Origin: a virus
Reading direction: 5' to 3' (one strand)
DNA: 64,000 nt
Virus record (IMG/VR): IMGVR_UViG_3300035696_000016
Location: 1-64,000 of that record
The notes beneath the pieces were generated by a model that saw only the letters and a program-made list of their open reading frames with translations, did no database searches and was not told the DNA's origin. The translations under genes were made by a program, and so were the position numbers. Positions 28,867 through 38,233 of the stretch are shown here, in pieces; within the stretch, counting starts at the first letter, position 1, and every line of letters starts with the position of its first letter.

Positions 28867-29343
28867 ATGAAAACTATCATTGCATCAATAATCGCAATTA
28901 GTATGCTTGGATGTGATCAAAAAATTGCAAATGAATCGCGTAATGTTGGCGAAGTTTGCCAAGAAAGCATTCAATGCAAAGGATCATTATTGTGCGTAAA
29001 TAATATATGCTCACAACGGCAACACATTGAAACAGCAGATGAGTTTCACCACGGTTCCCTTCACAAAGGCGAACAATGCCAAAACACAATTGAATGCGAG
29101 GGAGCATTATTTTGTGTAAATAATACATGTTCAGAACATGATAATCAAAAGATTTCATCAAATAAAAATAATGAAACTCAATTATATGGAGAACGATATA
29201 GTAGAGGAGATTCCATATGTCAAATGGGACGAGATGAATACGGAAATGCTTGGGAGTTTTGTATGGACATTCATTCTCATTGCATGAGGGCTTGTCCCAA
29301 CGGTAATTCTAATTCTTGGTTATGCGCGTATCATTGTAATTAA
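28867..29343 (+). CDS. Cys-repeat lipoprotein
   Basis: Signal peptide ending MLGC; two GExC....xCxGxLxCVNNxCS repeats. Confidence 0.65.
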   Translation: MKTIIASIIAISMLGCDQKIANESRNVGEVCQESIQCKGSLLCVNNICSQRQHIETADEFHHGSLHKGEQCQNTIECEGALFCVNNTCSEHDNQKISSNKNNETQLYGERYSRGDSICQMGRDEYGNAWEFCMDIHSHCMRACPNGNSNSWLCAYHCN

Positions 29344-29357
29344 TTTTTAATAAAACT

Positions 29358-29382
29358 CATACCTGATATAGTATCAGGTATG
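29358..29382. repeat. Perfect 11-bp inverted repeat covering the ATG of 29380
   Basis: CATACCTGATA-tag-TATCAGGTATG. Confidence 0.8.
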
Positions 29383-29742
29383 ACCTCCATACAAAAAAAA
29401 CCTTCCATTACCATAACTTGCGACGGCGAGACCAGAACATTCGATAATTACTATCGAGCCTATCATTATTTTTATGAAAAGGCATCTGCCATCGATAAGC
29501 AACAGCGACACGACCGTGCCGAGCAAGTCTATAAATCCAATCCAAAATATATTTACGAAGTAAAGTTCGTATTGGAAGAGAAGTTTGGATTTTGGGTTGC
29601 GACAACAAAGGAACATAAATACAATATCCGAAAGGATAATCGACCATTCTCATTCGGGAGCCGTGTTATGTTTCATTTAACCGGCAAAGAATTGATTGAG
29701 TTTTACAATCGATACACAAAGGTATGTATTCTTGGAGATTGA
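29380..29742 (+). CDS. Hypothetical protein
   Basis: 120-aa ORF. Confidence 0.55.
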   Translation: MTSIQKKPSITITCDGETRTFDNYYRAYHYFYEKASAIDKQQRHDRAEQVYKSNPKYIYEVKFVLEEKFGFWVATTKEHKYNIRKDNRPFSFGSRVMFHLTGKELIEFYNRYTKVCILGD

Positions 29743-29748
29743 GTTTCG

Positions 29749-30003
29749 ATGGATCTATCAGATATAGAATTATTTATACCATATCATCCCCCCGATGATT
29801 CAAAAACATTTTACGAATCAAGAGATCGTAGATTACGAATTGGATTTACAACAGAAGGCAATATTCTAATCACAGATCAGTATTACAAAGAAGGATGCTG
29901 GAATGTTTCTGAATACGCGAGCACATTAGATTTTCCGGTTCATGTATTGCCAAGTATAATGGAACAGTTGGAACGATTACAAAAACTTCTAATCCTAAAA
30001 TAA
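29749..30003 (+). CDS. Tailed protein, family C
   Basis: ELFIP..RRLRI..LERLQKLLILK. Confidence 0.75.
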   Translation: MDLSDIELFIPYHPPDDSKTFYESRDRRLRIGFTTEGNILITDQYYKEGCWNVSEYASTLDFPVHVLPSIMEQLERLQKLLILK

Positions 30004-30004
30004 A

Positions 30005-30238
30005 ATGGAACTATTCATCCCATTCGTCAGAAACGACGGAAGAGGTTTAAGAGAACGAAGACTAAAAGTCAGTATAACCGCTGATTCCAGCGAATGTATT
30101 ATTAGCGAAGAAGTTAAAATAAGAAATACTTGGTATGACACCAAAGATGATTTTGACACGATCAATTTTCCTGCTGATAAAATGCTGGAATTGGCAGAAG
30201 CATTGCAACGAATGAATAAATTATTGGTATTGAAATGA
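30005..30238 (+). CDS. Tailed protein, family C
   Basis: ELFIP..RRLKV..LQRMNKLLVLK. Confidence 0.75.
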   Translation: MELFIPFVRNDGRGLRERRLKVSITADSSECIISEEVKIRNTWYDTKDDFDTINFPADKMLELAEALQRMNKLLVLK

Positions 30239-30441
30239 AGGAAATAGTAATACGAATATCTGAAACGATGGATGTTAGTCTTTCAGATGACGGAACGATA
30301 CACATTGATGGTAATATCGATCGTCATCAAAACGATCGATTTTTTAAATCTTATCCGACAAGTCTCGTGATAAGACCAGAAAATACGCAATCATTTATTG
30401 ATGCAATTGAACGAATTAAAAAATTATTGATATTGAAATGA
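30235..30441 (+). CDS. Tailed protein, family C
   Basis: Ends FIDAIERIKKLLILK. Confidence 0.75.
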   Translation: MKEIVIRISETMDVSLSDDGTIHIDGNIDRHQNDRFFKSYPTSLVIRPENTQSFIDAIERIKKLLILK

Positions 30442-30659
30442 AAATAGAAGTTTCAGTTTCGAATGATCGTAAATTAGTAGCGTCGATACGTGGTGATTTA
30501 ATCGAAATCCATTCTTACAGTTATATTGATTGGGATCATATTGCAGATGAGTTTAAGTGGCAAGAAGCTATAACACCACTGACAACAGTAGATATTGATG
30601 ATTGGTCGGCACTTGTGGAATTGGTAAATAAAATGGATAAATTACTGGTATTAAAATGA
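30438..30659 (+). CDS. Tailed protein, family C
   Basis: Ends LVELVNKMDKLLVLK. Confidence 0.75.
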   Translation: MKIEVSVSNDRKLVASIRGDLIEIHSYSYIDWDHIADEFKWQEAITPLTTVDIDDWSALVELVNKMDKLLVLK

Positions 30660-30901
30660 AAGAAAATTATATCGTTATTCCAGTTAGTGAAAAAACTCGA
30701 TTAATATACCACGACGATAGAAGCCAGAGAGGTTATTTTCCAGATAGGCTTTTATTACAGAATTACCAAGATGTGGGCGGATGGGTGAATATAACTAAAA
30801 ATAATCTCGAAAACTGGAACTCAATAGGATTTAATCCACAGGAATTACCACAGATAATCGAAGCATTGCAACGGTTAGAAAAATTATTAGTATTAAAATG
30901 A
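30656..30901 (+). CDS. Tailed protein, family C
   Basis: Ends IIEALQRLEKLLVLK. Confidence 0.75.
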   Translation: MKENYIVIPVSEKTRLIYHDDRSQRGYFPDRLLLQNYQDVGGWVNITKNNLENWNSIGFNPQELPQIIEALQRLEKLLVLK

Positions 30902-31074
30902 AGAAATTATTTATTCCATATACAGATGGTAATAGTGAAGAAACTATCTTTTTGCGTGAGGACGGCGTTGTTGGTATTTATGATGGTAGTTGGGCTATAC
31001 TCATTGATCCATCAGGTTGGAAAGATTTTGTCGAAGCCGTAAATAAAATGGATAAATTACTGGTATTGAAATAA
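30898..31074 (+). CDS. 58-aa tailed protein, family C (not in ORF track)
   Basis: MKKLFIPY...FVEAVNKMDKLLVLK-stop. Confidence 0.75.
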   Translation: MKKLFIPYTDGNSEETIFLREDGVVGIYDGSWAILIDPSGWKDFVEAVNKMDKLLVLK

Positions 31075-31076
31075 AT

Positions 31077-31466
31077 CTAATTTATTTTTCTATTCGCGAA
31101 TGCAAGTTTTACAATGGCATCATATTTTGATGGGTCGGCTAATACTTCGGCTGCATACTTTCTAACTTCGGAAACATATTTTTTAAAATCCCCGCCGTGG
31201 GCTATTTTAAGGTGGCATTCTTTTCCCATACTCATACACATAGTTATTAAATTATTCGGATCCAGTTCCAATGATGGTTCCAAGTGGAACGGAACACAAT
31301 GATGGACATTCAATCTTTCCGTTCCTCCACAAGCAGCACAAGTCGGATGCGTTTCTAAAAAATGTTTCTCGACCGTTGGCCATTGACCCGATCGTTTTGC
31401 AGATAACCCTACGTCTCGTAAATGATGGCGTATAAGATTGATTCCGTGTTTTATTGTTTTTAGCAT
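31077..31466 (-). CDS. HNH endonuclease
   Basis: CAACG..LNVHH..NLITMC....CH...AH. ATG 31466 is the probable start. Confidence 0.8.
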   Translation of the reverse strand: MLKTIKHGINLIRHHLRDVGLSAKRSGQWPTVEKHFLETHPTCAACGGTERLNVHHCVPFHLEPSLELDPNNLITMCMSMGKECHLKIAHGGDFKKYVSEVRKYAAEVLADPSKYDAIVKLAFANRKIN

Positions 31467-31538
31467 ATTGATATACATAAATATAGAAAGGAGAATATAC
31501 AATAATTATAGCCGCAGCGGATTTTTGCTGCTCACACC

Positions 31539-31567
31539 TTGACGCACACGCGGGGAGTGCATACATT
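31539..31567 (+). promoter_or_regulatory. sigma70-type promoter
   Basis: TTGACG-17 bp-TACATT in the divergent intergenic gap. Confidence 0.6.
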
Positions 31568-31597
31568 ACACGATACTATACGAGATCACATGGCAAA

Positions 31598-31966
31598 ATG
31601 CCACGTGTTTCCAAAGAAAGAGATATTTATACGATGAGCGATAATACCCATACAAAACCAATAGATATAATTGAAACAATTAAATTAGAATTATACGAAT
31701 TACTAAATTCAATTCCAGATGATGAAAAAACTACATTAAAAGATTTAGTTGATAAAATAGTATATAAAACCAAAATACAGGTTAGCATGGTAAATAGCAT
31801 TGTTCCAATGCTCGTGCATACTTGGTGTCGAGAAGGAAACGGAACAATTAGCAGAGGAAGAGATGGTGGTATTAGACGAGGTGTTAAGAAACAAAGAGTT
31901 GATCCTCGACCAAGATGTTCCGAATGTCATCAGGTATTGCGGAAAATTAATTCCGAAGAAAAATGA
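31598..31966 (+). CDS. Hypothetical protein, possible wHTH with C-terminal CxxC
   Basis: SRGRDGGI, RCSECHQ. Confidence 0.55.
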   Translation: MPRVSKERDIYTMSDNTHTKPIDIIETIKLELYELLNSIPDDEKTTLKDLVDKIVYKTKIQVSMVNSIVPMLVHTWCREGNGTISRGRDGGIRRGVKKQRVDPRPRCSECHQVLRKINSEEK

Positions 31967-31981
31967 AGTTAGGATATTAAA

Positions 31982-32176
31982 ATGACAACAATGCTATTAT
32001 ATATGTTAATTTACGCAACGATATTAAATATAGCTATCTGCCCAATATTTTTTGTATATAAAGAAAAGGTTAATGCTGCCAGAATCATTCTTGGTCTCAT
32101 ATACGGATTATTTTGGCCAATTAGTTTCCCGGTGTTAATTGCAGTATTTTACTATTGTAAGATAGATAACGAATAG
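31982..32176 (+). CDS. Small membrane protein
   Basis: Two hydrophobic segments, LFWP. Confidence 0.5.
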   Translation: MTTMLLYMLIYATILNIAICPIFFVYKEKVNAARIILGLIYGLFWPISFPVLIAVFYYCKIDNE

Positions 32177-32188
32177 AAAGTATATATT

Positions 32189-32521
32189 ATGCCATATATT
32201 AAATCAGAAGTTAGACCCAAGTTAGATCTTTTTATTGATCAATTGGCTGGTAATATAGTAGAACTTGCCAGACAAGATGGAAGCGAAACAGCATATGCTG
32301 GATTGTTAAACTATACTTGCACAAAATTAGCAATGAGAATAATCGATATTCAATTCGGCAAAATTAAATATGGAACACTTGCTACGATAACAGGCGTGTT
32401 TAAAAACATAGCAGATGAGTTTTATAGACGCATTGCCGTTCCATATGAAGATAAGCAAATAGAAAAAAGCGGCGATGTTGATTTATATGCCACTTATGTA
32501 AATAAAATAAAAGAAACCTAA
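32189..32521 (+). CDS. Conserved hypothetical phage protein
   Basis: MPYI...GLLNY...EFYRR.A.PYED..I...GDV. Confidence 0.65.
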   Translation: MPYIKSEVRPKLDLFIDQLAGNIVELARQDGSETAYAGLLNYTCTKLAMRIIDIQFGKIKYGTLATITGVFKNIADEFYRRIAVPYEDKQIEKSGDVDLYATYVNKIKET

Positions 32522-32713
32522 ATGAAAACACAAGATGAATTATATAATGAATACATTGAATTAATCGATCAAATGCTAAAAGATCGATCACTATCAGACA
32601 ATGATGGGTTTTTGGATAAATGTGATGAAGTTTGGTATGCAATGGATAAAGAAACTCATCAGCGAGTGGAAACATATTTAATTAAGAAATCTAAAACAAA
32701 TATGATCGAGTGA
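32522..32713 (+). CDS. Hypothetical protein
   Basis: 63-aa ORF. Confidence 0.45.
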   Translation: MKTQDELYNEYIELIDQMLKDRSLSDNDGFLDKCDEVWYAMDKETHQRVETYLIKKSKTNMIE

Positions 32714-32719
32714 TCTGTC

Positions 32720-32748
32720 TTGACTTCCGCTCACCGAAGCCTTACAGT
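32720..32748 (+). promoter_or_regulatory. sigma70-type promoter, probably giving a leaderless transcript
   Basis: TTGACT-17 bp-TACAGT; ATG 32755 lies 7 nt after the -10 box. Confidence 0.55.
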
Positions 32749-32754
32749 CCTACG

Positions 32755-33321
32755 ATGAGCACACTTCCGCCTGCACACCTCGACACACCAGAGAACCGTT
32801 TCTTATGGCAACGCAATGTCAGAGATCAATATAAAAACGTATCTACGGAAGATATAAAAAATGATCTAAAAGAAAAAGCGTTGCCAGCAGGCGTATTGGT
32901 GCAAAATCTTGAAAAAGATTTTAATATTGGAACTATTATGCGTTCGGCTAATTCTTTTGGTATTTTTGATTTTTATTATTTTGGCGCAAGACATATCGAT
33001 AGAAGAGGCGCTGCTGGATGCTATCATTATATGAATGTAAATAATATAAAAAATATACAAGATGTAAAGAAATTAAAAGAACGATATGTGTTCGTTGGAT
33101 TAGAGAATAATTTAACTCGTGGATCAGTTGATATTCGTAAATATCAATATAAACCGGCAACATTATTTATTATTGGCGAAGAAAATGCCGGTATTACAGA
33201 TGAGTTATTGGATTTATGTGATGACTTAATTGAAATACCTATGTTCGGTAGTATTCGTAGTTTCAATGCTGCAACAGCAGCAAGTATTGCATTTTACGAT
33301 TATGTGAATAAAACACAATGA
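32755..33321 (+). CDS. SpoU/TrmH SPOUT RNA 2'-O-methyltransferase
   Basis: NIGTIMRSA, IGEENAG, IEIPMFGSIRSFNAATA. Confidence 0.9.
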   Translation: MSTLPPAHLDTPENRFLWQRNVRDQYKNVSTEDIKNDLKEKALPAGVLVQNLEKDFNIGTIMRSANSFGIFDFYYFGARHIDRRGAAGCYHYMNVNNIKNIQDVKKLKERYVFVGLENNLTRGSVDIRKYQYKPATLFIIGEENAGITDELLDLCDDLIEIPMFGSIRSFNAATAASIAFYDYVNKTQ

Positions 33322-33674
33322 TAATTGATTTTGCATTGACATCTAATTTAGATAATTTTGCCCATTGTTGCATCTGCGGAAAAGAAAACGATGTATTCGC
33401 ATCATTACAATATAGATGTTATGATTGTAAAGTATATATTGAAGTAAGAGAAGACAATAAGGTATCTCAAATATGGATTGGTTGGGATATAGATGTGGAT
33501 AGAGCTGCCGTTTATTATAGCAAGTTGGTTATTCAGCCATTTTTCCTTACTATAACAAAAGATTACATTGTGGTGTTTTCTTTTGGTGATGAAGTAAAAC
33601 GCTTACCAACACCAGAAACGATAGATATCAAAAAACTATACAACAATGTCGATACGTATAAATTACTAATATAA
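33318..33674 (+). CDS. Tailed protein, family D (zinc ribbon)
   Basis: CCIC..CYDC; ends VDTYKLLI. Confidence 0.7.
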   Translation: MIIDFALTSNLDNFAHCCICGKENDVFASLQYRCYDCKVYIEVREDNKVSQIWIGWDIDVDRAAVYYSKLVIQPFFLTITKDYIVVFSFGDEVKRLPTPETIDIKKLYNNVDTYKLLI

Positions 33675-33682
33675 AGGAAACT

Positions 33683-33865
33683 ATGTTATATCTTATATAT
33701 AAAACGTACTATTCATTGGATGGTAATATAGAAAAAGTAGAACTTGTTGAGGCAGATCAAAATGAAACATCTGTCATTAGTTTTACAAAACTATATGGCT
33801 TACAGACACCAAAAGATATAAAAGATCGCATTGCCTATAATTATATAGGAATGAAAATAGTATGA
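33683..33865 (+). CDS. Hypothetical protein
   Basis: ORF with AAGGA ribosome-binding site. Confidence 0.5.
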   Translation: MLYLIYKTYYSLDGNIEKVELVEADQNETSVISFTKLYGLQTPKDIKDRIAYNYIGMKIV

Positions 33866-34335
33866 TTTTAGGAACATCTGGACATCGTGCATTGGGCGAG
33901 GCTTCGTTTCCGAAGTCTGCGTATAATGCTATTTATGATAAAACGAAAAGCATTATTCAAGACTTGAAACCAAGTAAAACTATAATGGGTGGCGCTATTG
34001 GTTTTGATCTAATGATCGGTGATATATGCATTGAATTAGGAACACCATACATTGTTGCAGTTCCGTTTAGTGGTCAAGAAGCATATTGGTCAGTATATGA
34101 TAAAAAGCATTACAATGATGTTTTAGCAAAAGCAGATAAGATAGAAGTGATCAATAGGGCGGGTTGGGCAAATTGGAAGTATAATACGCGGAATCAATGG
34201 ATCGTAGATAATAGTGATAAAATGTTGTTTTGTTATGATGGTGGTGTTTCCAGTGGAACTAAAAACTGCTATGATTATGCCGTGAAAAAGAACAAAGAGA
34301 TTATTAGGATAAATCCGTTGGATTACAGGAAGTAA
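33862..34335 (+). CDS. YspA/DUF1273 SLOG-family protein
   Basis: SGHR, GGAIGFD, PFSGQE..W, RNQWIVDNSD, GTKNC..YA. Confidence 0.85.
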   Translation: MILGTSGHRALGEASFPKSAYNAIYDKTKSIIQDLKPSKTIMGGAIGFDLMIGDICIELGTPYIVAVPFSGQEAYWSVYDKKHYNDVLAKADKIEVINRAGWANWKYNTRNQWIVDNSDKMLFCYDGGVSSGTKNCYDYAVKKNKEIIRINPLDYRK

Positions 34336-34361
34336 TCTAATATATTGGTATTTATATTGTT

Positions 34362-35036
34362 ATGAATAAATTGTTCGAGAAATGTAGGGAGTTTTTGAAA
34401 CAAGCAACGGAATTGAAAGTTTCGCTTGTGGAGAATAATGATCCGATTTTGAAACAATTGAGTGAGTTGAAAGATTTTGATGATAGGGTGGAGTTGGCGG
34501 AAGAACATTGGGAAAAACTTGGAACCGGCTCAGCCAGAGCGGTATTCAAAATTAGTGATGATTTAATAATTAAAATTGCGATAAATAAAAAAGGCGTTTC
34601 TCAAATAAAAGTTGAGGCGGAGTTTGACTTACAAAAGCCTTGTGTTGCTACGGTTGTAGTTGCCGATCCAGAAGGTAAATGGCTAATATCACATTTTACC
34701 GATACGATGACTCACGAATTATTTAAAAAAATAATTGGATACGGATTCGATAATTTTATGTCATGTTTATTTTTTGCCTATAATAATGAGAGTGATAATT
34801 GGATTAAAGAACCTAAAAGTTATGATGAGATTAAAAATCTCCCATTATTTAAATGCATTGGAGCAATGGTAGTAGATGGAAATATATTGTTGGGGGACGT
34901 GGGAAAAGTTTCAAGTTGGGGCGTTAGAAACGGAAAAGTTTTATTGAGGGATTACGGATTAGATAAATTAACTTATGAAAAATTTTATGATGACGGGTCT
35001 GCCCCAAGTTCAAGTCCGCCAAAAACATCAAGTTAA
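34362..35036 (+). CDS. Minimal protein-kinase-like protein
   Basis: LGTGSARAVF, IIKIA, QIKVE, GD....SWG, LRDYG. Confidence 0.65.
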   Translation: MNKLFEKCREFLKQATELKVSLVENNDPILKQLSELKDFDDRVELAEEHWEKLGTGSARAVFKISDDLIIKIAINKKGVSQIKVEAEFDLQKPCVATVVVADPEGKWLISHFTDTMTHELFKKIIGYGFDNFMSCLFFAYNNESDNWIKEPKSYDEIKNLPLFKCIGAMVVDGNILLGDVGKVSSWGVRNGKVLLRDYGLDKLTYEKFYDDGSAPSSSPPKTSS

Positions 35037-36091
35037 GTTTTAATACGCCCAAGCGGTATATTGTTTTGTTTTTTATATTTTGTAATTAATTTTTCTATTG
35101 TTTTTGGTGGAATATTAATTATTTTACTAATTTTTAGTGCGGAAAGTTTTTCATTAAATGTTAAATCAATAATCTTATTATAAGTTTCACTATTTATAAT
35201 TATTTTAATTGGTTTTGTTATTTTTATTTTTTTAGCGAGTTCCGAGCGACGTTTTTCGGTTAGAGGGCGTTTAATTCCTTTGACTATACCACAAATTGTT
35301 TGTCTGCTTACCTTGTAAGTTGATTGTAAATCAGCAAGTGAATAATCACCAGTTGCATATAATTTTTTTATAGTTTGCTTTTCTTGATCATTGATTTTTC
35401 TTCTTGCTTTTTGGCTTTTTGCCCACTGCCCATTTAATCTTTTTTCAATTGCTTTTTGTTTGTCATAATTATTTTTACCTTCGCGACCTTCGTTAGTGAG
35501 AAAGGTTCGATCATTAGGCGATTTTATTTTAGCATTACGCAATATGCTACCAACGGTACTTATACCTATTTCATATTTTCTTGCTAACTGCTTTCTTGTA
35601 TATTTTCCAGATTTGTAATCGATACATAAATCTTGTGTTTTTTCGGGAGTTAAAATAAAATTACCAATATTTGGTGATTGATATGTTCCATCAGATATTC
35701 TTTTTTGAACCGCTATGCTTAATTTTTCCTTTGTTGCATCTGAAACGATTACCCCAATAGATCCATCACCCCCATCGGTTAAATTATATCCATAAAATGG
35801 ATTTTTAGTTTCGAAAAACGCAATATATTTTATTTCTCCCGCTTTCATTTCTTGGCTGGAATTATATTCTCTGATCACTTCAAATTTAAAATTTTCAGCA
35901 CCATATTTTCTAATTGCTCGGGAAAGATAACAGTGATACCTTCTTGCTTTCGGATTATTTGCAGAATAAATATGACCACGCATTCTTGTGGCGGAATTGG
36001 TGGTAAATCCTATATATAATTTCCAATTAATAATATTAATTATTTTATATACGTAAAATCGTTTTTCTTTTTTATTTTTTGCTACTAACAT
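35033..36091 (-). CDS. GIY-YIG endonuclease with HTH repeats
   Basis: YVYKIIN...KLYIGFT, RAIRKYG..NF.F, GYNLTDGGDG; repeated LA.KY.I/VS HTH motifs. Confidence 0.85.
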   Translation of the reverse strand: MLVAKNKKEKRFYVYKIINIINWKLYIGFTTNSATRMRGHIYSANNPKARRYHCYLSRAIRKYGAENFKFEVIREYNSSQEMKAGEIKYIAFFETKNPFYGYNLTDGGDGSIGVIVSDATKEKLSIAVQKRISDGTYQSPNIGNFILTPEKTQDLCIDYKSGKYTRKQLARKYEIGISTVGSILRNAKIKSPNDRTFLTNEGREGKNNYDKQKAIEKRLNGQWAKSQKARRKINDQEKQTIKKLYATGDYSLADLQSTYKVSRQTICGIVKGIKRPLTEKRRSELAKKIKITKPIKIIINSETYNKIIDLTFNEKLSALKISKIINIPPKTIEKLITKYKKQNNIPLGRIKT

Positions 36092-36233
36092 TTTTAATAC
36101 CTTCTTTGATTAAGAAACGACATAGCATAGCATAATTTGCTTCACCTTTAAAAATTGATTGGTTCAGAGCATCCATAGCCTTAATTTCTTCATCAGTAAG
36201 TCTTACATTAATTTGGTGATTGAACTTTTTCAT
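36072..36233 (-). CDS. Ribbon-helix-helix DNA-binding protein, 53 aa (not in ORF track)
   Basis: MKKFNHQINVRLTDEEIKAMDALNQSIFKGEANYAMLCRFLIKEGIKNVSSKK; overlaps the GIY-YIG start. Confidence 0.65.
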   Translation of the reverse strand: MKKFNHQINVRLTDEEIKAMDALNQSIFKGEANYAMLCRFLIKEGIKNVSSKK

Positions 36234-36317
36234 TTGATATCCTTGATATTTTTGATCCCATAAATATATATCAATAGTAGTAGAAAACGTAATAAAGGTG
36301 CATTTAAGTAGGTAAAA

Positions 36318-36806
36318 ATGTTATTGTACTTGGCGGTGATAATATTTGGTTTAATGTCAATGACTTTTTTGGGTTATTTTTTTCACTGGATTTTCCACCA
36401 AAAATGGAGCGGTCGCTTAAATATCGCTCACAAAACTCATCATAATATTTTATACCCGCCAAAAGATTTTGTATCCGATGTATATCGAAATCCAAAAAAA
36501 GATAACACGGTTTATTTATTCGGACTTGTGTTTGCTCCATTTATATTGACAGCATTCTTTCTAACAGTTTTCCGAATAATACCACTTGGTATTGGATTAA
36601 TTATTCTCGGTGAGATGGCGATCGTTGGCACAGTTAATAATTTTTTACACGATGCGTTTCATCTAAAAAATAGTTTTTGGCATAAGTTTTGGTTTTTTCC
36701 GCGTTTGAAAAGACTCCACTATAATCATCACGTTAGACAAAACACGAACTTCGGCATTTTCTCATTCGTGTGGGACAGAGTTTTTCATACTTACAATAAC
36801 AAATAG
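36318..36806 (+). CDS. Fatty acid hydroxylase/sterol desaturase family protein
   Basis: His boxes HWIFH, HKTHH, HDAFH, HYNHH; NFG...WDRVFHT; TM segments. Confidence 0.85.
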   Translation: MLLYLAVIIFGLMSMTFLGYFFHWIFHQKWSGRLNIAHKTHHNILYPPKDFVSDVYRNPKKDNTVYLFGLVFAPFILTAFFLTVFRIIPLGIGLIILGEMAIVGTVNNFLHDAFHLKNSFWHKFWFFPRLKRLHYNHHVRQNTNFGIFSFVWDRVFHTYNNK

Positions 36807-36933
36807 GATCATCCATGACACGCTTATTATGTTTGCTTGGATTGCATTGTTTTATTCTCGACTATATAAAAGAAGACGAAGAAGTTGAGTGGAAGTGTGC
36901 AAAATGCGGTAAGCATTGGGAATGTATTTTTTG

Positions 36934-38037
36934 ATGAATGATATAATTGAAAAGATTGTAAAACAATCACCGCATCTATCTTGGATGAGAAGCGGTGTTA
37001 TATATTTAACGCTATATGGAAGCAAGGCGTATGGCACGGACACGCTTACAAGTGATTCCGATTACAAGGGTGTTGCAATCCCAACAGCGCCATATTTTTA
37101 TGGTTTCCAAAACAAGTTCGAACAAGCAGAACTAAAAGAACCAGACACGGTTATATATGATATTCGTAAGTTTTTCAATCTCGCAAGCGCTGCCAATCCA
37201 TCGATCATAGAAACATTATTTACGGACGATAAAGATCATTTATTGGTTTCAGATATTGGCAATGTTTTATTGCAAAACAGAGACAGGTTTCTATCGAAAA
37301 GAGTTCGTTTTACATTTTCGGGTTATGCAGTTTCGCAATTAAATAGGATAAAACTTCATCGTCGATATCTACTAAATCCGCCAACGCATTTTCCAACGCG
37401 TAAAGAGTTTGGTTTGCCAGAAGAAACATTGATTCCGGCAGATCAATTAATGGCAGCGGAAGCAGAAATAAAAAAAGAATTGGAAAAATATCAGTTCGAT
37501 TTTCTTGGTGAATTGTCGGAACCAATGAAAATTATGATCCGAAACTCAATGTCGGATATATTGACGGATTTAAAAATCTCAAAAGATGATCAATGGCTTG
37601 CTGCATCACGAAAAGTAGGCTTCAATGATAACTTCATTGAGTTTATGAAAAAAGAGCGATCGTATAAAAATCTTAAAACGGAATGGGATAACTATCAGAC
37701 TTGGAAGAAGAACAGAAACGCAAAGCGTGCAGCAGACGAAGCAAAGTTTGGAATTGATTTAAAACACGCATATCATTTAGTAAGATTGATGCGAATGTGT
37801 AGAGAAATACTTACAACAGGCAAAGTAATCGTAAAACGACCGGATAGAAAAGAACTGCTTGCCATTAGAAATGGTGCATGGACTTACGATCAAATCGTAG
37901 AGTTTGCAGAACGAGAAGATAAAGATTTACAAGTTATTTATGAGACAAGTAATCTTTTGCCGAAAATGCCAGATATAAAGTTTTTGGACAATTTATGCGT
38001 TGAGTTAGTAGAGAGACGATTATGCGATGTATATTGA
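36934..38037 (+). CDS. Pol-beta-like nucleotidyltransferase (YcgL/RlaP-like)
   Basis: YGSKAYGTDTLTSDSDYKG, ANPSIIE.LF, K.AYHLVRL, LLAIRNG. Confidence 0.8.
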   Translation: MNDIIEKIVKQSPHLSWMRSGVIYLTLYGSKAYGTDTLTSDSDYKGVAIPTAPYFYGFQNKFEQAELKEPDTVIYDIRKFFNLASAANPSIIETLFTDDKDHLLVSDIGNVLLQNRDRFLSKRVRFTFSGYAVSQLNRIKLHRRYLLNPPTHFPTRKEFGLPEETLIPADQLMAAEAEIKKELEKYQFDFLGELSEPMKIMIRNSMSDILTDLKISKDDQWLAASRKVGFNDNFIEFMKKERSYKNLKTEWDNYQTWKKNRNAKRAADEAKFGIDLKHAYHLVRLMRMCREILTTGKVIVKRPDRKELLAIRNGAWTYDQIVEFAEREDKDLQVIYETSNLLPKMPDIKFLDNLCVELVERRLCDVY

Positions 38038-38222
38038 AAGATACTGAATACAATCTATGTGTATCTTGGTGTGGTAAAAAAGGAATAAGTTGGAGTGATT
38101 CATATAAAAATATAAAAGAGTGTATTGATATGAAAGATGGCAATGCCTGCAAAGAATGTTTGCATAAATTAATTTTATTACTTCGCGTTTTAGAAAATGA
38201 AAGTTTTACCCTATTGACATAG
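38022..38222 (+). CDS. Small Cys-containing protein
   Basis: SWCG..CKEC. Confidence 0.45.
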   Translation: MRCILKDTEYNLCVSWCGKKGISWSDSYKNIKECIDMKDGNACKECLHKLILLLRVLENESFTLLT

Positions 38223-38233
38223 GAGATGCCAGT

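Noticed and set aside
17642-31074. Diversity-generating retroelement behind the variable paralogs
   Set aside because: No reverse transcriptase and no near-identical template/variable repeat pair differing at adenines was seen; the divergence looks old and general.
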